A DNA stretch of 64,000 bases from Armatimonadota bacterium (lineage in GTDB: Bacteria > Armatimonadota > HRBIN16): NCBI GenBank assembly GCA_963677485.1, contig OY781964.1, positions 3,616,001 through 3,680,000 on the forward strand, read 5' to 3'. The stretch's first letter is position 1, and every line of letters begins with the position of its first letter. Position numbers and translations under genes: made by a program. This document shows, piece by piece, positions 27,995-38,791 of the stretch. Under the pieces are notes generated by a model that did not search any database, was not told the origin of the DNA, and was given only the letters and a program-made list of their open reading frames with translations.

Positions 27995-29365
27995 CTACAA
28001 TACCGCTTTGGCCTTCTCGATCTGCTCCAGCACGGCGCTGGGGGCGGTACCGCCCTCGCTGGTACGGGCGCGCATCACGGCGATGTGCTGCAGGTATTGC
28101 GGCGCATCCTCGTCTATCAGCTCGCTGAAGGCGCGCAACTGGGCTACGCTCAGGTCCTCTAGATGGAGCTCCTGCTCGATGCACCAGCGCACCACATGGC
28201 CGACGACGGAATGCGCCTGTCGGAAGGGCATACCCTTGCGAGCCAGGTAGTCCGCAAGGTCAGTGGCGTTGCTGAAGTCGCCGCTCAGGCTGTCCTTCAT
28301 CTGCTGTGGCCGGAACTGCGCGGTGCTGAGCATCAAGTAGCTCATCTCCAAGCAGCTTTTCACCGTATCCAGCGCGTCAAACAGATAGCTTTTATCTTCT
28401 TGAAGGTCGCGGTTGTAGGCCAGAGGCAGGCTCTTCATGGTGACCAGCATACCGGTCAAGTCGCCTACTACTTTGCCCACACGCCCGCGGATCAACTCCG
28501 CCACGTCCGGGTTCTTCTTCTGCGGCATGATGCTGCTGCCAGTGGTGACGGTGTCATCGCATTCCACAAAACCAAGATCGGGCGAGCTCCACCAAATCAG
28601 CTCCTCGCAGAGCCGGCTGAGGTGCGTCATGATGGTGGCGGCGGCGCTCAGGAACTCTATGATCCAGTCGCGGTCGCTGACTGCGTCCAAGCTGTTCGGG
28701 ATCACAGCCTCGAAGCCCAGCTCCTTGGCCACCATCTGGCGATCGAGCGGGAAGCCTGTTCCGGCCAAGGCCGCACTGCCAAGCGGCAGGCGATTCATGC
28801 GCTTACGGCTGTCGCGAAGGCGGTCGCGGTCGCGCTCAAACATCCAGAAATAGGCTAACAGGTGATGCGCCAGGCTGACGGGTTGCGCGTGCTGCGTGTG
28901 CGTCAAACCGGGAAGCATCGTCTCCACATACTGCGGAGCGGCTTCCACAATCCAGCCCATCATATCGCTGAGCATGGCGTCCAAACCGTCGATCTCAGCC
29001 CGCATATAGAGGCGCACATCGGTGACCACCTGGTCGTTGCGGCTGCGTCCCGTGTGCAGTTTACCCGCCACCGGACCGATCTCTTCCGTCAGGAATCGCT
29101 CGATCTCGCTGTGGACATCCTCTGCGTTTGGGTCGAATTGCAGCTCACCTTTAGCGATTCGGTTGCGGACGATCTGCAGTCCGGCGATGATCTCGGATGA
29201 GTCTTGCGGCGGGATGATACCCTTCATGCCCAACATGCGCACATGTGCGATGGAGCCGATGATATCGGCGTGCCACATCCGCTGATCCAGGCTCATGGAG
29301 GCGCTGAACGCCTCCACTGCCTGGTTAGTCTCTTTTTCGAATCGGCCTCCCCAGAGTTTCGCCAT
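27995..29365 (-). CDS. argH: Argininosuccinate lyase
   Basis: KLWGGRF, LHTGRSRNDQ, GSSIMPQKKNPD, YNRDLQEDK. Confidence 0.97.
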   Translation of the reverse strand: MAKLWGGRFEKETNQAVEAFSASMSLDQRMWHADIIGSIAHVRMLGMKGIIPPQDSSEIIAGLQIVRNRIAKGELQFDPNAEDVHSEIERFLTEEIGPVAGKLHTGRSRNDQVVTDVRLYMRAEIDGLDAMLSDMMGWIVEAAPQYVETMLPGLTHTQHAQPVSLAHHLLAYFWMFERDRDRLRDSRKRMNRLPLGSAALAGTGFPLDRQMVAKELGFEAVIPNSLDAVSDRDWIIEFLSAAATIMTHLSRLCEELIWWSSPDLGFVECDDTVTTGSSIMPQKKNPDVAELIRGRVGKVVGDLTGMLVTMKSLPLAYNRDLQEDKSYLFDALDTVKSCLEMSYLMLSTAQFRPQQMKDSLSGDFSNATDLADYLARKGMPFRQAHSVVGHVVRWCIEQELHLEDLSVAQLRAFSELIDEDAPQYLQHIAVMRARTSEGGTAPSAVLEQIEKAKAVL

Positions 29366-29366
29366 A

Positions 29367-30560
29367 TTACCGGCGCTGCTGACGGAGGGATTCCAGCATG
29401 CGGGCCTGCATACCGAAGTTCTTTACCATACCGGTCATTTCGCTCTGATCGAAGGTGTTGGTGTCGAACGAGATCAGGTCTTCTGAATAGAGAGCCCATT
29501 CGCTCTTGCGTCCGGCTATCCGCATGCCGCCCTTGAACAGTCGCATGGTGACCTCGCCGGTCACGCGCTCCTGGCTCTTGTTGATGAACGCTTCCAGGTC
29601 TTCTTTTAGAGGATCCCACCATAGACCTGCATAGGCCATTTCGCCCCACTGAGCATCTACGATGGACTTGAATTTGAGCTCTTCCCGGGTCATGACGAGT
29701 GCTTCTAATGCCTTATGCGCGGCTATCAATACCACCGCGGCGGGGCACTCGTAGTTCTCGCGGGCCTTCAGGCCAAGCATCCGGTCTTCCATGATATCTA
29801 CGCGGCCAACGCCGTTCTCGCCTGCGATTTTGTGCATTGCAGCAATGAGTGCCATCGGGGCCATCTTCTGACCATCAAGTGACACGGGGATGCCGTTCTC
29901 AAAGCCGATGGTGACCTCGCGGGGAGTGTTGGGAGCTTCCACGGGGTTGGTGGTCCAGATGTATACATCCTCTGGGGTGTGGAAGTTCGGCTCTTCCAAG
30001 TGTCCACCTTCGATGGAGCGTCCCCACAGGTTCTCGTCAATACTGTATATCTTCTCAGTGCTGACGGTGATCGGAATACCGCGCTTTTGGGCGTATTCAA
30101 TTTCCCAGCTTCGAGTCATGCTGCGCTCGCGCATGGGGGCGATGATCTGTGCGTCCGGCATATGGGCGCGGATACCAAACTCGATTCGGAACTGGTCGTT
30201 ACCCTTGCCGGTGCAGCCATGGGCAAAATCCGAGCATCCCAGCTTCTGAGCCACTTCCACCGCTTTTTTAGCGATGAGCGGGCGAGCGATGGAGGTGCTG
30301 ATGGGGTAGCCCTCGTAGTCGCCATTTGCCTTCACTGAAGCGAAGCAGTAATCGGCGGCGAACTCCTCTTTGGCATCTATGGTGTAATGTTCGGTGCCCA
30401 TCACACGCGCTTTGCTTTCTGCTTGATCAATGTCGGCTTGGGGTTGGCCCACATCAACGGTGACCGTCACGACATGGTCGAAACCATAGTCTTCTTTCAT
30501 CATTGGGATGCAAACGGAGGTGTCTAACCCTCCGGAGTATACGAGTATCACATTTTTCAT
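29367..30560 (-). CDS. argG: Argininosuccinate synthase
   Basis: [39 protein letters not shown]. Confidence 0.97.
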   Translation of the reverse strand: MKNVILVYSGGLDTSVCIPMMKEDYGFDHVVTVTVDVGQPQADIDQAESKARVMGTEHYTIDAKEEFAADYCFASVKANGDYEGYPISTSIARPLIAKKAVEVAQKLGCSDFAHGCTGKGNDQFRIEFGIRAHMPDAQIIAPMRERSMTRSWEIEYAQKRGIPITVSTEKIYSIDENLWGRSIEGGHLEEPNFHTPEDVYIWTTNPVEAPNTPREVTIGFENGIPVSLDGQKMAPMALIAAMHKIAGENGVGRVDIMEDRMLGLKARENYECPAAVVLIAAHKALEALVMTREELKFKSIVDAQWGEMAYAGLWWDPLKEDLEAFINKSQERVTGEVTMRLFKGGMRIAGRKSEWALYSEDLISFDTNTFDQSEMTGMVKNFGMQARMLESLRQQRR

Positions 30561-30762
30561 CGTTTCCGAATCTCCTTAAGAGCAGTTAACTTCCGCTCAT
30601 TCCTTGTTTATTATAGCAATCTGAGAAAATAGTTGCTTTGTGTATGATGGTTGCATGTCACGAAATAGTCTCACGCGAAGACGCGAAGGCAGTGACCGGT
30701 GTGGTCAGGAGACTGTGGCTACCATCGGCGTATCCAAAGGCCACCCGGACATGGACCAGTGT

Positions 30763-30798
30763 CAAAGCCCTTACCAGCGATTGCTGATAAGGGCTTTG
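30763..30798 (-). terminator. Hairpin downstream of wza-like gene
   Basis: CAAAGCCCTTACCAGC-gatt-GCTGATAAGGGCTTTG. Confidence 0.65.
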
Positions 30799-30817
30799 TT
30801 TGATTTCCGTACCGCGA

Positions 30818-31993
30818 CTATTTGATGCGGTCGCCAAGATAGACGATAGACAACAATGCACTAAGCACGGTGCCGATGGGCTGCCATGCGGCGGATGGTC
30901 CACGGCTTTCGCCGACTACGATCTTATCGTTGGCCTCGATGAGGATATCATCGGCCTCGCCTTTTTCCAGCTTAGTGAAGTCCACCTTGATGAGGGTTGG
31001 CTTTTCGCTGCCCTTCACCTGGCGCAGCACCTTGATATCGCGTTTTTTGGCTGTTTCGATCTTAAACCCGCCGGCGGCGCTGATGGCCTCGGATAGGCGC
31101 ATGCGGCCCATCAACGGCAATGTGCCGGGTTTTGCGACTCCACCCATCACTGAGAAGTAGGTCGGGTCTATCATCACCGGCACCAGGATTCGGTCATTGG
31201 GCTTCAGCATTACTTGCTTGAAGGCGTCGCTGCTCATTGCATCAGTGTAGGAAACGAGCACTTCCTCATTACTGCCTTCACTGCGAATGGAAACGCGTGT
31301 GGTATCAGCTTCTACGCTGATGCCGCCGGCAGCAGCTATAGCTTCACGCAGGTTCCCGCCTGTCTGAAGCTCGTATGCTCCAGCCTTCACCACGGCACCC
31401 ACCACATACACGCTCATCGTCTGTTTCGCACTGACTGTTACCAGGTCGCCCGGCTTGACTTCTTCACGGGCTGCCGGGTCGGCCTTCTTCAGCATCTCTT
31501 CCAGGTTCACACTGGTCTCTATGGTTGCTCCTGCTTTTCGCAGCAGCACACGGGTGAGGTCTGCATTATCAAGCGGCTCAGCGGCTTGGACGACCTCAAG
31601 TAAATAGGCTGGCACATCAGGGCGAAGAGGGGTCTTGCCTGGCTTTTTGACGGCACCCATCACTGTGACGAACCGCTCTGCGCGTTCGATAATGACGATG
31701 GTGACCTGAGGGTCGATGTAGTATTTCTTCAGAAGAGCCGTGATCTTGTTGGCGGCCTCTTGTTCACTCAAACCTAGCACATTCACAACATTGATCAATG
31801 GCAGCTTGATATTACCTGCATCGTCAACTTGCTGTTTGCCACCCATTTCTTCATCTGTGCCTAGTATCGTCACTTGAATCTGGTCGCGTGTTCCAATGAT
31901 TACAGGATCAGTGGAGGTTTGCGCGGATGCTGGTAATGAGAAACAAGCGATGACGGCACATAACGCACCTAACAGGAATCGGACGGTTTTCAT
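30818..31993 (-). CDS. Polysaccharide export protein (Wza/Poly_export plus three SLBB domains)
   Basis: Signal peptide, VDDAGNIKLPLI..YYIDPQVTI, repeated V.V.GAV.KPG. Confidence 0.85.
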   Translation of the reverse strand: MKTVRFLLGALCAVIACFSLPASAQTSTDPVIIGTRDQIQVTILGTDEEMGGKQQVDDAGNIKLPLINVVNVLGLSEQEAANKITALLKKYYIDPQVTIVIIERAERFVTVMGAVKKPGKTPLRPDVPAYLLEVVQAAEPLDNADLTRVLLRKAGATIETSVNLEEMLKKADPAAREEVKPGDLVTVSAKQTMSVYVVGAVVKAGAYELQTGGNLREAIAAAGGISVEADTTRVSIRSEGSNEEVLVSYTDAMSSDAFKQVMLKPNDRILVPVMIDPTYFSVMGGVAKPGTLPLMGRMRLSEAISAAGGFKIETAKKRDIKVLRQVKGSEKPTLIKVDFTKLEKGEADDILIEANDKIVVGESRGPSAAWQPIGTVLSALLSIVYLGDRIK

Positions 31994-32087
31994 CTACAGG
32001 TAACCCCTTTCACGATGTGTTGAAGACCGGTACCCATGATTTGGATACCGGCCAACTGCTATATGACGCTTCAGAACCGGTCTGACG

Positions 32088-33917
32088 TCACTTTATAATG
32101 TATTTTCGTCGGGCTTTATCTATACCTTGATCACGCTTGCTTTCGTCAAGGTGCCACATGCCACCCCGCTGATAGAAAGCAGGAAACGCGCTGAGAACCG
32201 AAGCCACACGGCGTCGGGTGGTTTGTCGAATCACATTGACTTCCGCTAACACACCTGCGAACTCTAAACCGCGGCGGTTATCTGTGAGTACCTTGCAGAT
32301 GACATCGAAGGTCGCTTCGCCATGGATGTTGGCTGCGTAGCTGTATAGCGCTTCCACCCTGTTCTGAGATAAGTGTACCCGCGAATCAATCGCATCAGTC
32401 CAATTCAAGCGGTATACACCAGTTGTCTCGGTTTTGCTTATCTCAAAGGTGGCACCACTTGGTGCCTCACGCTGCATGTAGAATTCAAACAAGCCATACA
32501 GCAATCGTGTGGTGTGATTGAGGTAGATGTCATACCACTTTTCGGTCTGGCCATCGATGAAGGTCAGGAGCTGTTTCTGTGGCCCGCCGGCAAAGAAGCC
32601 TTTCGGAATCTGGCAAAGCGGGAAGGTACCCAGCTCTTTGTGCCTCATTTTAAGCACACAACTGATGGTGGTGGGTTCAGGGACGATGATGTATTCGTCG
32701 TTCTCTTCATCCAGCACGTCCAGCACGACCGGGTCCATGATGTCACTTTTCAGTGTTCCAAGGAATCCTTCGTCTTTCAGATCGACCTCAAGCTCTTCGC
32801 CGCTGTCTTCATCATAAAAATGAACGACAGGGAAGGTGAGGCTATCTGGGATGGAGTCCGTGTAGACTGGGAAGATAGTCTCTGGAGCAAATCGAGAACC
32901 ACCGACCCATAACACACCATCGGAGGCTTGCAGCACTCGGCACACCGTCTTTATATCTTGTTTATAGGTGCTGTCGATTGAGGTGCGCTCATACAGATTG
33001 GTGACAATCTCTGATGCGTCTACCACGCTGCCTTGCTGATTGATATAGGCAATGATGGTTCCTACACCCTCTTCGCTCAAAGCGAGTGGCTCAGCCATCT
33101 GTTCTGCCATTTGGGCATTCACGGCATCCATCTCTGGTTTCAGCGAATCAATCCAGCTTGCTGCCAGCTCGTTAGATGCCAGGTGAGGCACGCTCACATC
33201 ACAACCGGGCTCAAAAGCCGGTATAACCACGGCACCCTGGATGCTCATCAGATGCTCAAAACAGGCGAGGCTGTTAAACGCCTTCGGGTCGTGGCGCCAG
33301 TTCAGGTAAGCCAGTGTGCGTACAGAAACAGGTCCTTCTGCGGCATCAAGCAGTGCCAGAACCGACTCATCGGTGCCATCGTAGCGTATCTTTGCTTTTT
33401 TGCTGCGCATCTTTTCGGCCGCGGCATAGTCGACGAAGTTGGTAAATGCCATATCTTCATCGGTGCCATCTTGATCGACTTGAAACAGCCAGTCTTTAAT
33501 GCCTACACGCCCATCAGATGTGTGGAAGTAGTAGTTACCGATCAGCCTTTGCATACTCTCTGCCAGTATATCTGCGGGGCGCTGATATACTTTCGCCATC
33601 GGAATGATCACGGCATTTAGTCGCACTGGCTGTCCGCAGAACTGCAGCAGATGGTCGAGAAGGTAGGTCATCGGGCGGCTTGAATCCTCAAACCCTATAG
33701 ATAAACCCCATTTTCGATCAGACTGCACAAATAACTGACTGTTTGATACCAGTGTGTAGCGGATGACAGTCATGTCCGACCCCGGCACATGAAATCTCGC
33801 CGCGATATCTTTAAGAGCGGCTGGTTCGCCGAGGTTCAGCAGGGTGCTGACCATAGCGGCGCGCAGATATCCCTTGGCAAAATCGCCGGTGGATACCTGA
33901 GTTGCCTTTGTACTCAT
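32088..33917 (-). CDS. Hypothetical multi-winged-helix protein
   Basis: 609-aa ORF with GGAGG RBS; repeated helix-turn-helix-wing segments ending in an aromatic hairpin. Confidence 0.6.
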   Translation of the reverse strand: MSTKATQVSTGDFAKGYLRAAMVSTLLNLGEPAALKDIAARFHVPGSDMTVIRYTLVSNSQLFVQSDRKWGLSIGFEDSSRPMTYLLDHLLQFCGQPVRLNAVIIPMAKVYQRPADILAESMQRLIGNYYFHTSDGRVGIKDWLFQVDQDGTDEDMAFTNFVDYAAAEKMRSKKAKIRYDGTDESVLALLDAAEGPVSVRTLAYLNWRHDPKAFNSLACFEHLMSIQGAVVIPAFEPGCDVSVPHLASNELAASWIDSLKPEMDAVNAQMAEQMAEPLALSEEGVGTIIAYINQQGSVVDASEIVTNLYERTSIDSTYKQDIKTVCRVLQASDGVLWVGGSRFAPETIFPVYTDSIPDSLTFPVVHFYDEDSGEELEVDLKDEGFLGTLKSDIMDPVVLDVLDEENDEYIIVPEPTTISCVLKMRHKELGTFPLCQIPKGFFAGGPQKQLLTFIDGQTEKWYDIYLNHTTRLLYGLFEFYMQREAPSGATFEISKTETTGVYRLNWTDAIDSRVHLSQNRVEALYSYAANIHGEATFDVICKVLTDNRRGLEFAGVLAEVNVIRQTTRRRVASVLSAFPAFYQRGGMWHLDESKRDQGIDKARRKYIIK

Positions 33918-33980
33918 TGCACTACCTCCAGAATTTTATATTCCATTACCGGTTACGCGTTGAACCGGATGATTTCCAAT

Positions 33981-35318
33981 TTAAGGCGACGATATAATCT
34001 GCGCTTGCAGATCGTAACTGTCGGCACCGGTGATAATCACATCCACGAACTCACCGGGCACAAGATCGCGTGCTGTTACGTATACAGAACCATCAATTTC
34101 CGGTGCATCTCTAAAGCTGCGCCCCTGAAATAACCTCGGTTTTCCTTGAACACGCTGTTCAATCAAAACCTGCATAGACCGTCCGATCCATGCGTGATTT
34201 CGCTGATAACTGGTCAGCCGCTGCTGCCTCATTAGCTTATCATACCGATGCATGGCCACTTTGGCAGGAATCTGGTTATCAAGAGCCGCTGCCGGCGTCC
34301 CTTCTTCTGCAGAATAGACGAAGGCCCCCAGTCTATCGAACTGAGCCTCCTCACAGAATGCCAGTAAAGCATCGAACTGGGCATCGGTTTCGCCAGGAAA
34401 TCCCACTATCATCGAAGTGCGTAGTGCCAAATCCGGGTTGGCCTCTCTCAGCCGCTTCAATAGCTCCAGAGTTGGCAGCTTGCTATGGCTGCGTTTCATC
34501 AACCGCAACAGCTCATCTTCGCTGTGTTGCAGCGGCATATCGATGTAGGGCACTATCCCAGGAAGTGTGGTCAGTGCTGTCACCAATCGGTCGTCCAACC
34601 GGGTGGGGTAGGCATACATCACTCGTATCCATGGGAAGCTGTCCATCGCACTCAGTTCACCGAGTAGTTCTGGCAGCATCGACTGTCCTGAGATGTCCAA
34701 CCCATACTGCGTAGTATCCTGAGCGATCACTACCAGCTCTTTCACACCGAGTGAGGCCAGGTTCTCGGCCTCAGCCATCACACGAGCCATCGGCTTACTG
34801 ATGTGCCTTCCCCGAAAGCTGGGTATGGTGCAAAAACTGCATCGGTGGTCACAACCCTCAGATATTTTCAGGTATGCACTCCAGTTTGGTGCCGAGAGCG
34901 TGCGGTCGGAAACCTCTGCCCACTGGTGTGAGGGGGCCGGTGGGACGGCGTCACCAATGGTGCCCGCTATCGCTTGCTGCATGACCTGTTCGATCTGTGC
35001 CATTTGACCGACACCGCACACCGCGTCTACCTGCACTAATCCGTTAAGTGACTTTGCACCTAGCCTTTGCGACAGGCATCCTGCCGCGATCAGCTTACCG
35101 CCAGTGCGTGCGAGCGTCTGCTTCAGTTGCTTCAGCGTAGCAAGTGATTCATCCTGCGCTGATTTAATGAAGCCGCAGGTGTTTACAATCACGACATCAG
35201 CGTGCGCAGGGTCTCCTGAAATGTCGTGACCGGCGCGCCTGAGCACACCGGCCATCTCTTCGGCATCCACAGTGTTCTTGGGACAGCCCAGGTTTACGAT
35301 GGCAACTCGATAACCCAA
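33981..35318 (-). CDS. rimO: Ribosomal protein S12 methylthiotransferase
   Basis: LGCPKNTVD, NTCGFI, AYLKISEGCDHRCSFC, DAPEIDG. Confidence 0.95.
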   Translation of the reverse strand: MGYRVAIVNLGCPKNTVDAEEMAGVLRRAGHDISGDPAHADVVIVNTCGFIKSAQDESLATLKQLKQTLARTGGKLIAAGCLSQRLGAKSLNGLVQVDAVCGVGQMAQIEQVMQQAIAGTIGDAVPPAPSHQWAEVSDRTLSAPNWSAYLKISEGCDHRCSFCTIPSFRGRHISKPMARVMAEAENLASLGVKELVVIAQDTTQYGLDISGQSMLPELLGELSAMDSFPWIRVMYAYPTRLDDRLVTALTTLPGIVPYIDMPLQHSEDELLRLMKRSHSKLPTLELLKRLREANPDLALRTSMIVGFPGETDAQFDALLAFCEEAQFDRLGAFVYSAEEGTPAAALDNQIPAKVAMHRYDKLMRQQRLTSYQRNHAWIGRSMQVLIEQRVQGKPRLFQGRSFRDAPEIDGSVYVTARDLVPGEFVDVIITGADSYDLQAQIISSP

Positions 35319-35357
35319 TACGACCTCCCATACAGATAAAATGAGTCACTATTCAGT

Positions 35358-35386
35358 ATTATAGCTGAGGGAGTTGGTAGCGTCAA
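35358..35386 (-). promoter_or_regulatory. Sigma70 promoter of rimO
   Basis: Minus strand TTGACG-17 nt-TATAAT. Confidence 0.75.
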
Positions 35387-35433
35387 AGTAACCGGTTGTA
35401 TAAACCGACAGAAAAACCAGATTCTAGCTCCAA

Positions 35434-35474
35434 AATACACACGGATCGGCCTGCACAGCCGATCCGTGTGTATT
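35434..35474 (-). terminator. Intrinsic terminator of nrfHA
   Basis: 17-bp perfect stem AATACACACGGATCGGC / GCCGATCCGTGTGTATT. Confidence 0.75.
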
Positions 35475-35504
35475 CGGTATAGAAACTGTAGAACGGGTCC
35501 TCTG

Positions 35505-36836
35505 CTATTTCTTCAGGAATGCGACCTTCAACCGTGCCTGCTGAGCGAGGTCAATAGCACTGGCCAGCACACGGGCACTCTCCTGCGGAGCGTGGATTCC
35601 CATGCCGTTGTTCGCAGCGGCGTAATCCCAACGCATTTGAGCGCGGCGGATCAGGTCACGGGCAGGCTGCAGTTGAGTATCGTTGTATCCGGCTTTCATC
35701 GCTGCCCCGACCTCTTCGTGTGCCGAAACCAGAGCGTCTTCTGCCCGGATCAGCATTTCATGCTGACGGTCTTGAATCTGGTAGACACGCTGGATGGTTT
35801 CCTCTTTGGTCCAGTGGTGACAGACCATGCAGGAGTTCTCCACATTTTTCAGTGGGCTTTGCACGTGGTGATCGGAGAATTTCACGCCGCCTTCACTGCG
35901 GTAGGGCATATGGCAGTCAGCACAAGCGACACCGCGCTGAGCGTGGATGCCGTTTTGGAACATCTCATAGTCAGGGTGCTGCATTTTGATCATCTTGGTT
36001 CCACTGATCTTATGAACCCAGTCCACATGCTTCACATCATCGGTGTAGTATTTTTCGATGTTGTCAATATTAGTGCCGCGCTTCCATGGGAAGGTCAAGT
36101 AGGTTCCCTTTTTGGTGTCACCAGGCTGTTTCGCGAAATAATACTCCACATGGCATTGAGCACACACCAGTGAGCGCATCTCTTGCAGACTGGCTTTGTC
36201 CACATCTTTACCCATCGCTTTGAAGGCCTCACGCAGTGCTGGGCGGGTGATGGTCAGATTCATGGTCTTTCTGTCGTGGCAATCTGCACAGCCGATAGGG
36301 TGTTGGACCTGCTTGTTGATGTCCTCAAAATGGGACTGATAGAACTTTCCTATGCCCATCTGGCTCATCAGGATAGGCACTTCAGGGCTTTTGCAGGTCA
36401 TACAGGTGCCGGGCTGCGGTGTTCCGCCTCGCTTTGGATCGCGTCTGGCGGTGCTTCGAACATCTTCCAGAGCATGCATATGACCTCGGGGCTGGTTATA
36501 CTCGATGGAGAAGGGGTAGCCTGCCCAAAGTATCTTCAAACGCGGGTCATTTTTCAAATAGCTGACCTTATTCGGGCCACAGTATTTGGTCTGAGTCCCG
36601 CCCTCGATGGTCTTTTGCCAAGTGCCATACTCTCTGGGGAAGTTGCGTCCCCACACGGCACTGTCTGAGGTGTTTGGCGGGATGGGGGTCATCAACTGTG
36701 GAACCATAGCGGCTTCCTGCCGACGTTCCACAATGGAGGTCACCAGCATTCCTAATACGAATGTCACCACCATAGCTACGCTAAATAACGCCCATCCCTT
36801 CCATGAGTTGGGTGCCGGTTTTTGATTATTGCTCAT
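35505..36836 (-). CDS. nrfA: Cytochrome c nitrite reductase, catalytic subunit
   Basis: CMTCK plus four CxxCH, LWAGYPF, KMQHPDYE; GGAGG RBS. Confidence 0.95.
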   Translation of the reverse strand: MSNNQKPAPNSWKGWALFSVAMVVTFVLGMLVTSIVERRQEAAMVPQLMTPIPPNTSDSAVWGRNFPREYGTWQKTIEGGTQTKYCGPNKVSYLKNDPRLKILWAGYPFSIEYNQPRGHMHALEDVRSTARRDPKRGGTPQPGTCMTCKSPEVPILMSQMGIGKFYQSHFEDINKQVQHPIGCADCHDRKTMNLTITRPALREAFKAMGKDVDKASLQEMRSLVCAQCHVEYYFAKQPGDTKKGTYLTFPWKRGTNIDNIEKYYTDDVKHVDWVHKISGTKMIKMQHPDYEMFQNGIHAQRGVACADCHMPYRSEGGVKFSDHHVQSPLKNVENSCMVCHHWTKEETIQRVYQIQDRQHEMLIRAEDALVSAHEEVGAAMKAGYNDTQLQPARDLIRRAQMRWDYAAANNGMGIHAPQESARVLASAIDLAQQARLKVAFLKK

Positions 36837-36867
36837 CTTTACAGAGCCTCCTGCAGGCAATCTGGAT

Positions 36868-37443
36868 TTAGTCACGGTGTTTAAACGGGTTTGTTAAAAT
36901 GGAAGGCAGTTTCGGAGCAGATACATTCGGTGCTGAAGCCAGGCTATGCACATCGCCGTGAGGCACAGAACGGTGACAGTCGTTGCAGTTCCGCTGCCCA
37001 GGCTGTAGTGAAGGGATATTGGACACTAACAAGCCGTGACATCGCTGACAGTTTTCCTGGATGACACCTACCGATGCGGGATGTGCCCTAATCACTTGTG
37101 GTTCAAGACGTAACGCGAACATCGCCGAATGGCGGGAACCGTCTTTAGCCTTGAACGCGTATTTACGAATGATGGAGTTGTGGGGAACATGACAGTCATT
37201 ACATACTGTGACTGATCTGTGGCTGCCTCGCTGCCAGGTAGCGTATTCGGGCACCATGATGTGGCAGTTAATACACGTGCGGCTGTCCTCGCCCAGGTAA
37301 CTGTGTGCTTCAGACACCCGAAATGCCAGTAAACCGAGACCTACCATGACACCAAGAACAGCGTAGCACGGCATACGCCATGCTGAAGGTACGAACGCCA
37401 AAGTCAGAATCTGACCTAACATGCGTGTGATCCATGATGCCAC
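36868..37443 (-). CDS. nrfH: Cytochrome c nitrite reductase small tetraheme subunit
   Basis: TM helix, CINCH, CNDCHVPH, CQRCH, CNDCH..VPHG; GTG start with GAGG. Confidence 0.92.
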   Translation of the reverse strand: MASWITRMLGQILTLAFVPSAWRMPCYAVLGVMVGLGLLAFRVSEAHSYLGEDSRTCINCHIMVPEYATWQRGSHRSVTVCNDCHVPHNSIIRKYAFKAKDGSRHSAMFALRLEPQVIRAHPASVGVIQENCQRCHGLLVSNIPSLQPGQRNCNDCHRSVPHGDVHSLASAPNVSAPKLPSILTNPFKHRD

Positions 37444-37707
37444 TATACATACCTCTGTGTGATGTGATAGTAGTATACCTGATGATTTTACTGGTATATA
37501 GATTATTGTGGCGAAAATGCTGTTTGTTTTCAAATACTGAAGTTGGCTTACCATGCAGGCACCATAGTATACGTAGTGGATCGTTGTTATATATAGGTGC
37601 TCTGGGTGAAGTGATCTGCTGCTATCCGGTTTCCTTTCGTGCTGTAGTCTGCCATAATATATATGGAGTGCAGCTAGCTCTACAAGTTTAGGAGAACCAA
37701 TCCGCCC

Positions 37708-38772
37708 ATGCTAACCACCATCACCTTTATTCTGATGCTCGGTGTCCTGGTCGTCGCTCACGAATTCGGGCATTTCATTGTAGCGAAGTTGTGCAAAATG
37801 AAGGTCGAAGAGTTCGCGGTTGGAATGGGGCCGCGCGTCGTGCGGCTGGGCAAGAGAGCCGAAACCGAATACAACATCAGAGCGTTCCCTATCGGCGGGT
37901 TTGTGAAAATCACAGGTATGGAAGCCGACCCCAGCGCGGAGCCGGTGGCGGGCGAGTTTTACTCGCGGCCGTTATGGCAGCGTGCGCTGGTGGTGCTGGC
38001 TGGTCCGGTGATGAGCCTGTTGCTGGGATATGTGATCTTCTGCGGAATGGGAATGACCGTGGGTGTGGAGAATCCTGACCGCCCACTGAACCAGGTTTAC
38101 TATGTGCAGCCTAAAACCGAGGCCGAGCGCATGGGCTTGAAGTCTGGTGACACGATCGCAAAGATCAATGATGTCAAAGTGACGACAGGCAACCAGATGA
38201 TGAAGATCATCCATGACAGCCCAGGCCAACGCATCAAACTGGTGGTCACATCCCAGGATGGCGATGAGAGATCGCTGTATGGCACGCCAAAGCCGACGCC
38301 TGTTGCCGCCGCCGATCAGGTAGATGGCCGGAAGGTTCGCGGGCTGCTTGGTTTCGTGCCGAAGTTTGAGACCCAGCGCCTAGGTGTGGTTGGATCGATT
38401 GTCAACGGAACACTGGTCACTAAATACATGCTTCTGGAGATACCGAAGGCTGTGTTCAGCTCGAAGGTCAAGGACAACATCGGCGGGCCGGTGGCAATAG
38501 TCAACATCACCAACAGTGCCAGCAAGCAGGGGCCAGCCGCCGTATTAGCACTCACAGCCTCGTTGAGCGTGACCCTTGGCTTTTTCAACCTTCTGCCGAT
38601 ACCCGTGCTTGACGGTGGACATCTGTTGCTGTTCTTTGTGGAGTTCCTGCGCAGGGGCAAGAGGCTGAGTGCCAAACTGCAGAACGCGGTGCAGACCGTG
38701 GGACTTGCTCTGCTGTTGACCCTCTTTGTGCTGGTGACCGTGAACGACCTATCGAAGCTATTCACCCATTAG
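37708..38772 (+). CDS. rseP: RIP metalloprotease RseP (M50)
   Basis: HEFGH, PIGGFV, PDZ, NLLPIPVLDGG. Confidence 0.92.
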   Translation: MLTTITFILMLGVLVVAHEFGHFIVAKLCKMKVEEFAVGMGPRVVRLGKRAETEYNIRAFPIGGFVKITGMEADPSAEPVAGEFYSRPLWQRALVVLAGPVMSLLLGYVIFCGMGMTVGVENPDRPLNQVYYVQPKTEAERMGLKSGDTIAKINDVKVTTGNQMMKIIHDSPGQRIKLVVTSQDGDERSLYGTPKPTPVAAADQVDGRKVRGLLGFVPKFETQRLGVVGSIVNGTLVTKYMLLEIPKAVFSSKVKDNIGGPVAIVNITNSASKQGPAAVLALTASLSVTLGFFNLLPIPVLDGGHLLLFFVEFLRRGKRLSAKLQNAVQTVGLALLLTLFVLVTVNDLSKLFTH

Positions 38773-38791
38773 TTTGAGTGTGAACACAGAC

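Noticed and set aside
32020-35410. Recurring ACCGG(T) words in three intergenic regions
   Set aside because: Short, inconsistently spaced, and not distinguishable from chance without a motif test
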